A DNA stretch of 64,000 nt from Octopus bimaculoides. Lineage: Eukaryota. Numbering within the stretch: the stretch's first letter is position 1; each line of letters starts with the position of its first letter. The notes under the pieces are model-generated. The model searched no databases. It was not told the DNA's origin and was given only the letters and a program-made list of their open reading frames with translations. The DNA is taken from assembly GCF_001194135.2 (NCBI RefSeq), contig NC_068983.1, positions 151,364,200 through 151,428,199 on the forward strand. The letters are read 5' to 3'. Below are positions 24,238 through 37,748 of the stretch, in pieces. Made by a program: the position numbers and the translations under genes.

Positions 24238-24458
24238 GTCTTCGTCTTCGTCGTCGCCGTCATCATCTTAGCATACATCATCATCAGCGTCATCACAGCC
24301 ATCAGCGCTTTAGTCACCACAACAACTCTTATCGGGAGCAGAATCATCATTACGGTCTTTTGCATCGTCATCTTCGCCGTCGTCATTTCATCATCTTCAT
24401 CATCACCATCATCACCGTTGTCGTCGTTGTCGTTGCTACCACCACCACCACCACCACC

Positions 24459-24513
<55 letters not shown>

Positions 24514-25387
24514 CCATCGTCACTACTACTATCATCACCATCTTCATCATTATCGTTTCATCATTGTCGTCGTCGTTGTTGCCATCATCTTCGCGTCGTC
24601 ATTTCATCACCACCATCATCATCATCATCATNNNNNNNNNNNNNNNNNNNNNNNNNNNNNNNNNNNNNNNNNNNNNNNNNNNNNNNNNNNNNNNNNNNNN
24701 NNNNNNNNNNNNNNNNNNNNNNNNNNNNNNNNNNNNNNNNNNNNNNNNNNNNNNNNNNNNNNNNNNNNNNNNNNNNNNNNNNNNNNNNNNNNNNNNNNNN
24801 NNNNNNNNNNNNNNNNNNNNNNNNNNNNNNNNNNNNNNNNNNNNNNNNNNNNNNNNNNNNNNNNNNNNNNNNNNNNNNNNNNNNNNNNNNNNNNNNNNNN
24901 NNNNNNNNNNNNNNNNNNNNNNNNNNNNNNNNNNNNNNNNNNNNNNNNNNNNNNNNNNNNNNNNNNNNNNNNNNNNNNNNNNNNNNNNNNNNNNNNNNNN
25001 NNNNNNNNNNNNNNNNNNNNNNNNNNNNNNNNNNNNNNNNNNNNNNNNNNNNNNNNNNNNNNNNNNNNNNNNNNNNNNNNNNNNNNNNNNNNNNNNNNNN
25101 NNNNNNNNNNNNNNNNNNNNNNNNNNNNNNNNNNNNNNNNNNNNNNNNNNNNNNNNNNNNNNNNNNNNNNNNNNNNNNNNNNNNNNNNNNNNNNNNNNNN
25201 NNNNNNNNNNNNNNNNNNNNNNNNNNNNNNNNNNNNNNNNNNNNNNNNNNNNNNNNNNNNNNNNNNNNNNNNNNNNNNNNNNNNNNNNNNNNNNNNNNNN
25301 NNNNNNNNNNNNNNNNNNNNNNNNNNNTCATCATCATCGTCATCGTCATCATCATCATCATCGTCATCGTCATCGTCATCGGCATCG

Positions 25388-25438
<51 letters not shown>

Positions 25439-25560
25439 CTTTCACTTATACTAACAACTTCATGATAATTATGAAGCCTCCTTATCACAACCACCAACGC
25501 CACCATCACTTAATTACCACCGCAACCACCATCTTCCTCCTTCTCATCGTCTTCCACATC

Positions 25561-25616
<56 letters not shown>

Positions 25617-25620
25617 CACA
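24177..25620. repeat. Degenerate (CAT/CAC/CGT)n domain spanning a 696-N gap
   Basis: Visible period-3 repeats. Confidence 0.9.
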
Positions 25621-25896
25621 CTGAGGTCGATAACCTCAATTGATATTCACAAATTGTATGCCGTGCCTAGAGACAATCGCCATATTGGATATTGCTGAAT
25701 ACTTCACTCTTAATATCGTGATGAGTTCTTGAAGTTAATCTCGTAGAGCAAACGACATAAAGATCTATCGCAAAATTCCTTCAGCATCTCTATTCTGCGA
25801 GCTTGTGAAGGAGACCACTGCATGGTCGCTTGATCTACTAAAATTAGCAACCAATATCCTATTAGGATCACTATTCGAAAAAAAAAAAAAAAAATA

Positions 25897-26062
25897 TAGG
25901 CGCAGGAGTGGCTGTGTGGTAAGTAGCTTGCTTACCAGCCACATGGTCTCGGGTTCAGTCCCATTGCGTGGCACCTTGGGCAAGTGTCTTCTACTATAGC
26001 CTCGGGCCGACCAAAGCCTTGTGAGTGGATTTGGTAGTCGGAAACTGAAAGAAGCCCGTCGT
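25897..26062 (+). mobile_element. Young SINE A (tRNA head + CORE), followed by (TA)n and a gap
   Basis: ggcgcaggagtggctgtgtggtaag...gggttcagtccc...ggcaccttgggcaagtgtcttc; nearly identical to 45550-45715. Confidence 0.95.
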
Positions 26063-27130
26063 ATATATGTATATATATATATATATATATATNNNNNNNN
26101 NNNNNNNNNNNNNNNNNNNNNNNNNNNNNNNNNNNNNNNNNNNNNNNNNNNNNNNNNNNNNNNNNNNNNNNNNNNNNNNNNNNNNNNNNNNNNNNNNNNN
26201 NNNNNNNNNNNNNNNNNNNNNNNNNNNNNNNNNNNNNNNNNNNNNNNNNNNNNNNNNNNNNNNNNNNNNNNNNNNNNNNNNNNNNNNNNNNNNNNNNNNN
26301 NNNNNNNNNNNNNNNNNNNNNNNNNNNNNNNNNNNNNNNNNNNNNNNNNNNNNNNNNNNNNNNNNNNNNNNNNNNNNNNNNNNNNNNNNNNNNNNNNNNN
26401 NNNNNNNNNNNNNNNNNNNNNNNNNNNNNNNNNNNNNNNNNNNNNNNNNNNNNNNNNNNNNNNNNNNNNNNNNNNNNNNNNNNNNNNNNNNNNNNNNNNN
26501 NNNNNNNNNNNNNNNNNNNNNNNNNNNNNNNNNNNNNNNNNNNNNNNNNNNNNNNNNNNNNNNNNNNNNNNNNNNNNNNNNNNNNNNNNNNNNNNNNNNN
26601 NNNNNNNNNNNNNNNNNNNNNNNNNNNNNNNNNNNNNNNNNNNNNNNNNNNNNNNNNNNNNNNNNNNNNNNNNNNNNNNNNNNNNNNNNNNNNNNNNNNN
26701 NNNNNNNNNNNNNNNNNNNNNNNNNNNNNNNNNNNNNNNNNNNNNNNNNNNNNNNNNNNNNNNNNNNNNNNNNNNNNNNNNNNNNNNNNNNNNNNNNNNN
26801 NNNNNNNNNNNNNNNNNNNNNNNNNNNNNNNNNNNNNNNNNNNNNNNNNNNNNNNNNNNNNNNNNNNNNNNNNNNNNNNNNNNNNNNNNNNNNNNNNNNN
26901 NNNNNNNNNNNNNNNNNNNNNNNNNNNTTTAAATATGCTTCTGAAAGACACAAGCACAAAAAAAAAATTGAAAATAAAAAATAGATAAAATAAAAACAAA
27001 TTTTAAGATGTGGAATAAAACAGAAATACAAGTGGTATATTATTACATGGACAGCGAAGTTCAAGGACATTTCTAAATCCTAGTGCATACATAGATATTA
27101 GAGGCAAAAGGAGGACAGGGAGGAACAAAA

Positions 27131-27227
27131 GAAGAAAAAGAAGAAGAAGAAATAGAAGAAGAAGAAGAAGAAGAAGAAGAAGAAGAAGAAGAAGAAGAAG
27201 AATAAGAAGAAGAAGAAGAAGAAGAAG
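27131..27227. repeat. (GAA)n microsatellite
   Basis: Visible run. Confidence 0.95.
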
Positions 27228-27714
27228 ACCTCGTGTCTCACCACATATTTCTGTATTTCATATTAAAAAAAAAATATCTATCTTCCCACATTTTTGCATT
27301 TTATTTATCCTACTGCTTTGTTTAAAGCCAACAGCAGATAAAATAATGGTTGTTTGGAGAGTCGTGTGGATTCATTTCTTAAATCCTTAGTAGTTATAAT
27401 AGATTTCCTTCCTCTTTCTCCTCCACCTCACGAAAACAACATTCACACTTAGAAACGTATAGATATAAAGGGACGGCCATATTAAAGTCTTGTGCGGCCA
27501 TCTTACCGTAGCTTGTATTGCTCTGCAATTTTTCGCTCAAACAGCAATGACAAAGCATTCCTTTAGGATAGGGCGGTGGGGGCTGAAACAGAATGTGGGG
27601 GTCTCAATCTTTTTGATCGTACACCGACAATGTTGTCTGAGACGGAAAAAACATATGCTCTACCATTTTGTGTTCATCCTTCTATTTATTTTGTTTGAAT
27701 CACACACACACACG

Positions 27715-27755
<41 letters not shown>

Positions 27756-29470
27756 NNNNNNNNNNNNNNNNNNNNNNNNNNNNNNNNNNNNNNNNNNNNN
27801 NNNNNNNNNNNNNNNNNNNNNNNNNNNNNNNNNNNNNNNNNNNNNNNNNNNNNNNNNNNNNNNNNNNNNNNNNNNNNNNNNNNNNNNNNNNNNNNNNNNN
27901 NNNNNNNNNNNNNNNNNNNNNNNNNNNNNNNNNNNNNNNNNNNNNNNNNNNNNNNNNNNNNNNNNNNNNNNNNNNNNNNNNNNNNNNNNNNNNNNNNNNN
28001 NNNNNNNNNNNNNNNNNNNNNNNNNNNNNNNNNNNNNNNNNNNNNNNNNNNNNNNNNNNNNNNNNNNNNNNNNNNNNNNNNNNNNNNNNNNNNNNNNNNN
28101 NNNNNNNNNNNNNNNNNNNNNNNNNNNNNNNNNNNNNNNNNNNNNNNNNNNNNNNNNNNNNNNNNNNNNNNNNNNNNNNNNNNNNNNNNNNNNNNNNNNN
28201 NNNNNNNNTAGCTGGGCCCCGTGCCGTCAGAAATGACGACAAATTGTAGTATTTTATACATAAATAAGGTACAATAATAATTCTTTTATTACTAAATTTT
28301 TAGTGAAAAATCTATCCGCAACTAACATCCTTTCACTGCTTGTTTCCTTCAAAAGAATTTTCAAGTTTTCCTTCCTTCTTGTCCGACTTAAGGCCACATA
28401 AAGCTGGCCGTGACTAAATACGGGAGCTGGCAAGTAAATACCAAAGGCAGTGTTGAAACGTTGTTTGATTTTTCTTTTCAGCGTTGAATGTTCACCATCC
28501 CACTTGTATTGCACACACACACACAAAACACACACAAATACACACAAATATTCACATACCTCCCTTTTACATACACGCATATAAACTCACACCTAAGGTC
28601 TCAAAATGACCCTTTTCGTTGAATTATGAGCACAGAAATCCTCCGTTGAACCAATACTAAGAGCATTGAATCTAGCTTATACTGGTTCAAAGAAGACGGC
28701 TGAGGCATACAGTGCACGTCTAATTTTCCCTTAGGATAATCTACGACGAGGGACATAGAAGTCTATGTAAAGCATGTAGACAAAAGCTGCATCCGCTAAA
28801 AGACGACCTAAATTTATTTCATGAAGAGCAGCATAAATTCTTCAAGAATGAAAAGTATCGCTGCAGATTGTTTACTCTGGCGGTTTCAGCAAGGAACAAA
28901 GAGGCATGTAGCCAGATAAACCCCAAGATTTATATGATCCACCTTCGATGGACATTCCGCTTCAAGGATTGCGAGATACAGTCTTCAAAGGGCGTAGAAA
29001 TGAAGATGTTCACCATCTGATATCATTGGTAATCGTTAGTAAACCAGTGTGTGAGTGTCTGTATGTACTAGTATATATATATATGCGTATGTGTGTGTGT
29101 GTGTGTGTATGTATGTACGTGTGTGTGCCTGTGTGAGTTTGTGATTGTGTGTGTGTATGTGTGTGCGTGCATGTTTGCAATGAAGAGAGATGATCAATGC
29201 GTATCTATATGTTTTTATGCCATCTTATTGCAATATTAGAAAAGTTGTAGCTAAAAAAACACTTGGAAGTATATAATTTATTTCCGTGATACAATTAAAC
29301 GAAATAAACTAAAATCTAATTTACACCCTACGATAATATATGAGTGGGTGTGTTAGGGCTGTGTTTATATACAAATATTCAAGCATCTATATATCTACAT
29401 ACATATACATCTATATATAAGTATACACAGACACACATATGTACATATACATACATATGCATCCATTCAA

Positions 29471-29665
29471 CCCTTTTACTTGTTTCAGTTATTTGACTGC
29501 GGTCCTGTTGGAGCAGCAGCTTTAATCGATCAAATCGACCCCAGGACTTATTCATTGTAAGCCAAGTACCTATTCTATCGGTTTTCTATTGCCGAGCCGC
29601 TAAGTTACGGTGACGTAAACACAGCAACATCGGTTGTCAAGAGATGGTGAGGGGCCAAACACAGA
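29471..29665 (-). mobile_element. SINE A/B 3' (B) domain leading into (CA)/(TA)n and a gap
   Basis: Homologous to 58231-58450. Confidence 0.85.
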
Positions 29666-29678
29666 TACACACACACAA

Positions 29679-29710
<32 letters not shown>

Positions 29711-30360
29711 ATNNNNNNNNNNNNNNNNNNNNNNNNNNNNNNNNNNNNNNNNNNNNNNNNNNNNNNNNNNNNNNNNNNNNNNNNNNNNNNNNNNNNNNNN
29801 NNNNNNNNNNNNNNNNNNNNNNNNNNNNNNNNNNNNNNNNNNNNNNNNNNNNNNNNNNNNNNNNNNNNNNNNNNNNNNNNNNNNNNNNNNNNNNNNNNNN
29901 NNNNNNNNNNNNNNNNNNNNNNNNNNNNNNNNNNNNNNNNNNNNNNNNNNNNNNNNNNNNNNNNNNNNNNNNNNNNNNNNNNNNNNNNNNNNNNNNNNNN
30001 NNNNNNNNNNNNNNNNNNNNNNNNNNNNNNNNNNNNNNNNNNNNNNNNNNNNNNNNNNNNNNNNNNNNNNNNNNNNNNNNNNNNNNNNNNNNNNNNNNNN
30101 NNNNNNNNNNNNNNNNNNNNNNNNNNNNNNNNNNNNNNNNNNNNNNNNNNNNNNNNNNNNNNNNNNNNNNNNNNNNNNNNNNNNNNNNNNNNNNNNNNNN
30201 NNNNNNNNNNNNNNNNNNNNNNNNNNNNNNNNNNNNNNNNNNNNNNNNNNNNNNNNNNNNNNNNNNNNNNNNNNNNNNNNNNNNNNNNNNNNNNNNNNNN
30301 NNNNNNNNNNNNNNNNNNNNNNNNNNNNNNNNNNNNNNNNNNNNNNNNNNNNNNNNNNNN

Positions 30361-30418
<58 letters not shown>

Positions 30419-30913
30419 TTACCAAGCAATGTATTCAGTAAAGAGCATAAATTTTTTTCCCTTCTTTATCTTATCTCTTCACAAATCTCTCGTATTTTTC
30501 TTTGTCTCTCTTTACTTTTCTCTGTCTACATTTACGTTTTTTTTTCCATTTTAATTACTTGGTCTTCTTACACTGCACCAATATTTCGAACACACACACA
30601 CGCATGCACATGTATTTGAATGCGTATTCCACCATTCGTGCATCCTCCTTTCTTGTATCCATTCACTCATTTACCTTTCCCTCTATTAAAATTAATTTTA
30701 CAGCGATTTTAAGAGAAAAGTCCTCCACCTCCTATTCCATCAAAAAACTATTACACATTTTTGTGCTAATAACTGTTTGAAAATATAGGCAATTTGATGA
30801 AGCGATACATATACATCTATATACAAGTTATGAATGTGCACAGGCATATACAAAGATCTATACATATTTATGTTTGTATATGTATATGCACGAATATCTA
30901 TCTATCTGTCTAC

Positions 30914-30969
<56 letters not shown>

Positions 30970-30985
30970 TTCTCTCTCCATATAT

Positions 30986-31063
<78 letters not shown>

Positions 31064-32339
31064 NNNNNNNNNNNNNNNNNNNNNNNNNNNNNNNNNNNNN
31101 NNNNNNNNNNNNNNNNNNNNNNNNNNNNNNNNNNNNNNNNNNNNNNNNNNNNNNNNNNNNNNNNNNNNNNNNNNNNNNNNNNNNNNNNNNNNNNNNNNNN
31201 NNNNNNNNNNNNNNNNNNNNNNNNNNNNNNNNNNNNNNNNNNNNNNNNNNNNNNNNNNNNNNNNNNNNNNNNNNNNNNNNNNNNNNNNNNNNNNNNNNNN
31301 NNNNNNNNNNNNNNNNNNNNNNNNNNNNNNNNNNNNNNNNNNNNNNNNNNNNNNNNNNNNNNNNNNNNNNNNNNNNNNNNNNNNNNNNNNNNNNNNNNNN
31401 NNNNNNNNNNNNNNNNNNNNNNNNNNNNNNNNNNNNNNNNNNNNNNNNNNNNNNNNNNNNNNNNNNNNNNNNNNNNNNNNNNNNNNNNNNNNNNNNNNNN
31501 NNNNNNNNNNNNNNNNNNNNNNNNNNNNNNNNNNNNNNNNNNNNNNNNNNNNNNNNNNNNNNNNNNNNNNNNNNNNNNNNNNNNNNNNNNNNNNNNNNNN
31601 NNNNNNNNNNNNNNNNNNNNNNNNNNNNNNNNNNNNNNNNNNNNNNNNNNNNNNNNNNNNNNNNNNNNNNNNNNNNNNNNNNNNNNNNNNNNNNNNNNNN
31701 NNNNNNNNNNNNNNNNNNNNNNNNNNNNNNNNNNNNNNNNNNNNNNNNNNNNNNNNNNNNNNNNNNNNNNNNNNNNNNNNNNNNNNNNNNNNNNNNNNNN
31801 NNNNNNNNNNNNNNNNNNNNNNNNNNNNNNNNNNNNNNNNNNNNNNNNNNNNNNNNNNNNNNNNNNNNNNNNNNNNNNNNNNNNNNNNNNNNNNNNNNNN
31901 NNNNNNNNNNNNNNNNNNNNNATAAATACATATGATATAATATAATATATATATATATATTTAATGGTTGGAGTAAAACACATATTTTATTTTGTCCGAG
32001 TTATTTATTAATTAGGAGAAAATAAATACATATGATATAATATAATATATATATATATATTTATATGCATATATATTTGTGTGTGTGCATGGATCAAACT
32101 GTTTTGATCCATATATTTTGAGTGCCCCTCTTCTGTTTGTCCACTCACTCGTACACACACACACACACACACACACGAACATACATCTTACAAGGGTGTA
32201 TGGCTTGTTGATATATAATCCATGCATTCGCTAAGTGTTCAAGAAGTTTCAATCAGACATAGACACGCTCTGGGTCCCTATACACTCGAAGCAGAAGTAA
32301 ATCCACGATGTAACAGCTGGAAGAGCAGAATCCTGGAAC

Positions 32340-32490
32340 AGCGGTCTGGCTGATTATCATTGAAAGCCGCGTTGACTAAAACAACGTGTAATGAAGTATC
32401 TTGCTCAAGGGCACGATGCATCACACGCTCCAAGAATCTTACAATCTCTTAGATGGTTTGGCTGTAGATTGTGAATCTCTTAGGCCACTT
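32340..32490 (-). mobile_element. Old CORE-type SINE remnant
   Basis: rc reads ggcaagtggcctaagag (A-box-like) ... tgcatcgtgcccttgagcaagatacttca (CORE-like); similar to 45870-45900. Confidence 0.4.
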
Positions 32491-32654
32491 GCCTTCGCTG
32501 GGTGTGTGTGCGTGTGTACGTACAAACACGCGCACACATACAAAGGTGGACTTAGAGATAGCACACCAAAACTTAATGCCGGCTACTAGGGACTTCCACG
32601 TCGTGAAAGGTAGAAGGACGTGCGCGCGCATACAACGAGTTTTCATACATTTTT

Positions 32655-32706
32655 CCAAGATTCACTCACAGGGTCTTGGTTGTCTCAAGGCTATAGTAGA
32701 AGAGAC
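32655..32706 (-). mobile_element. SINE A internal fragment
   Basis: rc of gtcttctactatagcctc...ccaaagccttgtgagtggatttgg. Confidence 0.65.
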
Positions 32707-32844
32707 ATAGGAGTCATAACTTCCCTGAAGATCCTGTGCACCCACAAGGAGAAACTCAGAGTAGCGAGAGACACATTCCACCAAAATAAAATATATTATT
32801 AATCTCTACAACAGCATTGAGCGATCATTTTACCATTGCTATAG

Positions 32845-32911
<67 letters not shown>

Positions 32912-33390
32912 NNNNNNNNNNNNNNNNNNNNNNNNNNNNNNNNNNNNNNNNNNNNNNNNNNNNNNNNNNNNNNNNNNNNNNNNNNNNNNNNNNNNNNNNN
33001 NNNNNNNNNNNNNNNNNNNNNNNNNNNNNNNNNNNNNNNNNNNNNNNNNNNNNNNNNNNNNNNNNNNNNNNNNNNNNNNNNNNNNNNNNNNNNNNNNNNN
33101 NNNNNNNNNNNNNNNNNNNNNNNNNNNNNNNNNNNNNNNNNNNNNNNNNNNNNNNNNNNNNNNNNNNNNNNNNNNNNNNNNNNNNNNNNNNNNNNNNNNN
33201 NNNNNNNNNNNNNNNNNNNNNNNNNNNNNNNNNNNNNNNNNNNNNNNNNNNNNNNNNNNNNNNNNNNNNNNNNNNNNNNNNNNNNNNNNNNNNNNNNNNN
33301 NNNNNNNNNNNNNNNNNNNNNNNNNNNNNNNNNNNNNNNNNNNNNNNNNNNNNNNNNNNNNNNNNNNNNNNNNNNNNNNNNNNNNNNNNN

Positions 33391-33439
<49 letters not shown>

Positions 33440-33538
33440 CACACACATACACACACACTCACATATGTTATATATATATAGAAAGAGAGACATTGTGTGT
33501 GTGTGAGTGTGGAGGAGGTGAGAGAGAGAGAAATAGAC

Positions 33539-33575
<37 letters not shown>

Positions 33576-34264
33576 TAGAGAGAGACAGAGAGAGAGAGAC
33601 ACAGACAGAGAGGGAGAGAGCGAGCGAGGAAGAGAGAGTGAGAGCAAGAGAAGGTGAATGTACAAATATATTCTTCAGAATTGAAATGAAATAGATTCGT
33701 GAAGTAATCTCTTGAGCCGCCGAGTGCTTATCACTTACTGTAGAGTTCTTACGACTTTTCTGCGTGTATATTATACTTTATAAGCTGCATGTCTTGGAAA
33801 TAATTACTTCGCATAAAGGACGGTAGTACAATATAGTAATAGATACTGAAGCGCAATGTGAGTGAAGTGAAGTAGGGTTAAAAAGAAATAGAACTCTATA
33901 GAATTAATGGAGAAAGGGAGAGGGAAGAGAGAGGAAGTGAGTGAAAGAGAGAGAAAGCGAGAGAGAGAGAGAGAGCTTAGTGAAAAGACAGCACAACATA
34001 CAGGTAAGGGTGTGCAGCTAAGAGAGTTAAATCTTCGGGAACATATATGATATATAATACAGATTATTGTATAAATAAAACTTCCTTGCTTTTAAGTGTG
34101 AAGAAATGAAAAAAAGGAGGAAGAAGAACGAAATGAGGAGCACAGACAGATGGTGGTTTATAGAAGGAGGTAGATGGATATAGGGGGTAGATGGGGCATA
34201 GTTAGATAAGTAAATAAACAAATAGGTACATAGATACACAGCCACACGTATTGAGAAATAGTTA

Positions 34265-34310
34265 TAGATAGAAATTATATATAGACAGACAGATAGATAG
34301 ACAGACAGAC

Positions 34311-34343
<33 letters not shown>

Positions 34344-34362
34344 TACAGACAGACAGACAGAC

Positions 34363-34394
<32 letters not shown>
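34265..34394. repeat. (GACA)n/(GATA)n tetranucleotide compound repeat
   Basis: Visible run. Confidence 0.95.
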
Positions 34395-34416
<22 letters not shown>

Positions 34417-36354
34417 GGGGTGTTATATATCTACTGAATATGTGTTTGTGTATGTGTGTATGTGTGTGTATTCTGATATGTGTATATTAGTTTCTATCAC
34501 NNNNNNNNNNNNNNNNNNNNNNNNNNNNNNNNNNNNNNNNNNNNNNNNNNNNNNNNNNNNNNNNNNNNNNNNNNNNNNNNNNNNNNNNNNNNNNNNNNNN
34601 NNNNNNNNNNNNNNNNNNNNNNNNNNNNNNNNNNNNNNNNNNNNNNNNNNNNNNNNNNNNNNNNNNNNNNNNNNNNNNNNNNNNNNNNNNNNNNNNNNNN
34701 NNNNNNNNNNNNNNNNNNNNNNNNNNNNNNNNNNNNNNNNNNNNNNNNNNNNNNNNNNNNNNNNNNNNNNNNNNNNNNNNNNNNNNNNNNNNNNNNNNNN
34801 NNNNNNNNNNNNNNNNNNNNNNNNNNNNNNNNNNNNNNNNNNNNNNNNNNNNNNNNNNNNNNNNNNNNNNNNNNNNNNNNNNNNNNNNNNNNNNNNNNNN
34901 NNNNNNNNNNNNNNNNNNNNNNNNNNNNNNNNNNNNNNNNNNNNNNNNNNNNNNNNNNNNNNNNNNNNNNNNNNNNNNNNNNNNNNNNNNNNNNNNNNNN
35001 NNNNNNNNNNNNNNNNNNNNNNNNNNNNNNNNNNNNNNNNNNNNNNNNNNNNNNNNNNNNNNNNNNNNNNNNNNNNNNNNNNNNNNNNNNNNNNNNNNNN
35101 NNNNNNNNNNNNNNNNNNNNNNNNNNNNNNNNNNNNNNNNNNNNNNNNNNNNNNNNNNNNNNNNNNNNNNNNNNNNNNNNNNNNNNNNNNNNNNNNNNNN
35201 NNNNNNNNNNNNNNNNNNNNNNNNNNNNNNNNNNNNNNNNNNNNNNNNNNNNNNNNNNNNNNNNNNNNNNNNNNNNNNNNNNNNNNNNNNNNNNNNNNNN
35301 NNNNNNNNNNNNNNNNNNNNNNNNNNNNNNNNNNNNNNNNNNNNNNNNNNNNNNNNNNNNNNNNNNNNNNNNNNNNNNNNNNNNNNNNNNNNNNNNNNNN
35401 NNNNNNNNNNNNNNNNNNNCCTGTGTGGCTAATAAAAGAAATGTATCTATCTATCTATCTATCTATTGAAATACAAAATATTTCAATTTTTAAAAAAATT
35501 TCCTAATAATATTTAATTATAGAAATACAATAAGATATTTTTTTAATATTGAGTGATTGGTTATGGAGGTCCAGTAGAACGAAATAAGACTCAGAGGGAT
35601 CAACAGGGGAAAAAATAGTTGAGTTCAAATCCTGCCGTGGATGGACTGCACTGAAACCTCATACGAGATTCTTTTTATACTCATAGTTAACCCTGGATGG
35701 TATTACAGCAATCCACGGTATTCAACCTGCTGATAGCAGACGCTACCTGGTGATAATAAGAGTAAATATAAAAGAGCAGAATAACTACTGTCTCGGGTTA
35801 AGTGTGGTGGAAGACAATAGGTGACCCAGTACTAACTAATCAAACACAGGGTGGCCGAGGTCACTTGAATGGGGCGAAGAGGAAGAAGATGTGGTGATGG
35901 CGTTAGATGTATTGGTGATATTGGTGGAGTTTGTGAGATAATGTTGGGGTGTTAGTGGTGGAGGTATGTGACAGCGGCGGTGGCGGGATGCGATGGTGAT
36001 GGTGATAGTGGTTAAAGCTTGTGGTGTTAACGATGGTGGAGAGGGCGATAATTTTGTGATGTTGGAGGAGGCAGTGGTATTAGAAGTGGTAGAGGTAGTC
36101 TAAGGAGTAGTGGGGTGTACAGATGAGCTATGGTGAGGAGAAAGAAAGAGAGAAGCGGGTGCAGGATTTGTAGCAATCTCAGTTAGCCTTTTACCCCATA
36201 CGATCTACCCGGTTTAAAAGCTATAATCTGGCAAACAGACTGTGACCCGACTGACGTCTTGTATGTACCTCTCGCACTCAACAATACTATCATCTTACCT
36301 CTTCAGCTTCCCCCTCCTTTCTCTTCTCCTCTTTCACCCCTATTTATCATCGTC

Positions 36355-36615
36355 TTCCGTCTCTCTCTCTCTCTTTCTCTCGACTCCCTTCACTCTGCTT
36401 TTTGTTAATCTGTTTATATCTTTCTCTCTCTTCCTCCAGCCCTCTCTCTCCCCCTCGCTCCCTCCTCTCTCTCCCCCTCTCCTCCTCCTCTCTCCCTCCT
36501 CCTCTCTCTCTCCCTCCTCCTCTCTCTCTCCCTCCTCCTCTCTCTCTCCCTCCTCTCTCTCTCTCCTCCCCCTCTCCCCTCTCGCCCTTTCTCTCTCTCC
36601 TCCTCCTCTCTTTCA
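36355..36615. repeat. Polypyrimidine (CT/CCT) tract with an ~18-bp subunit
   Basis: tccctcctcctctctctc repeated about 4 times. Confidence 0.85.
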
Positions 36616-36859
36616 TTCATATAATGCACGGATTCTTACATTCATTTAAATACACGTGCAAGCAGAAAGGTGAAGAAAAGAGACACGGAAGAAAAAAAGA
36701 AACGATAAAACCGCAGAAAATCTTAATCTTCTACAGAACTTTCTCACTCTTTTATATTTCCTATCCTGTTCCAGCATGACCACAGACAACAACCTGGAAC
36801 AAATAGAAGAATATATAGACGCACAATTACATGTTTAATTGTATGCATATACCCATACA

Positions 36860-37204
36860 TAGGTGCAGGTGTTGTTGTGTGGTAAGAAGTTTGCTTCCTG
36901 ACAACATGGTTCCGGGTTCAGTTCCAGTGTCTTCTACTGTGGTCTTGGGCCGACCAAAGCTTTGTGAGTAGATTTGATTGACGGAAACTAAAAGAAGCCT
37001 GTCGTATATTTTGATATGAACGTGTGTCTTTGTATTGGTATGTTTATGTCCCTGTAAACTAGCGGTTCGGCTAAATGACCCGATGGAATAAGTACAAGGC
37101 TTTTAAAAAAAGTACTGGGAGCAATTCATTCGACTAAAACTTCTTCAAGGCGGTGCCCCAACATGGCCGCAATCTAATGACTGGAGCAAGTAAAGGGTAA
37201 AAGA
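36860..37204 (+). mobile_element. SINE A/B, full span, diverged, with part of CORE deleted
   Basis: Head aggtgcaggtgttgttgtgtggtaag, B box ggttcagttcc, gaagcctgtcgtatat, then B domain to gtaaagggtaaaaga. Confidence 0.88.
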
Positions 37205-37684
37205 TTTAATTAGCAGGAGTGTTATACAGTGTAAGTGTAAAGTAAACTTATGACTACGCGTTTTTTGTTTAGCTTTGCACACATTTTAACTATCACCGCT
37301 ACCATGATCACTATCGTATCCCTCCACCACCCCTATAATATACCTCCATCACAAACACCACCGCCACCATCGTTTCTGCACACCTACACCAAGAGGTGTG
37401 AAGACATGGTAGTTAAACTACATGCTTTTCTTGGTAGATAGTGGAAGAAATGAACCGATTCGTTTCAGCATTACCATTTTAGTGGATCGAGGGTCAACCA
37501 CAGTATCTTCTTTTTATTTCTTATTACACGAGAAATATAAAGAAATGCAAGTTGAAAATGTACTTGGAAATGTACTTGAAAATGTATTTTTGCGGATCTT
37601 CTAATGAACTGTATGTTAAGAATTTCTTTAACTCTGTTTAACTGGACCGGTGCGTGGTACTAATACAGCAGCACGGTTCTGAAC

Positions 37685-37748
37685 GGACTGAACCCGGAAC
37701 CATGTGGTTGGGAAGCATGCTTCTTACCATGCAGCCACTCCTGTGCGT
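37685..37748 (-). mobile_element. SINE A tRNA head only
   Basis: ggactgaacccggaaccatgtggttgggaagc...cagccactcctgtgc. Confidence 0.85.

Noticed and set aside
31922-32063. Exact ~41-bp direct repeat 100 bp apart
   Set aside because: AT-rich and starts at a gap edge; most likely a contig-end artefact.
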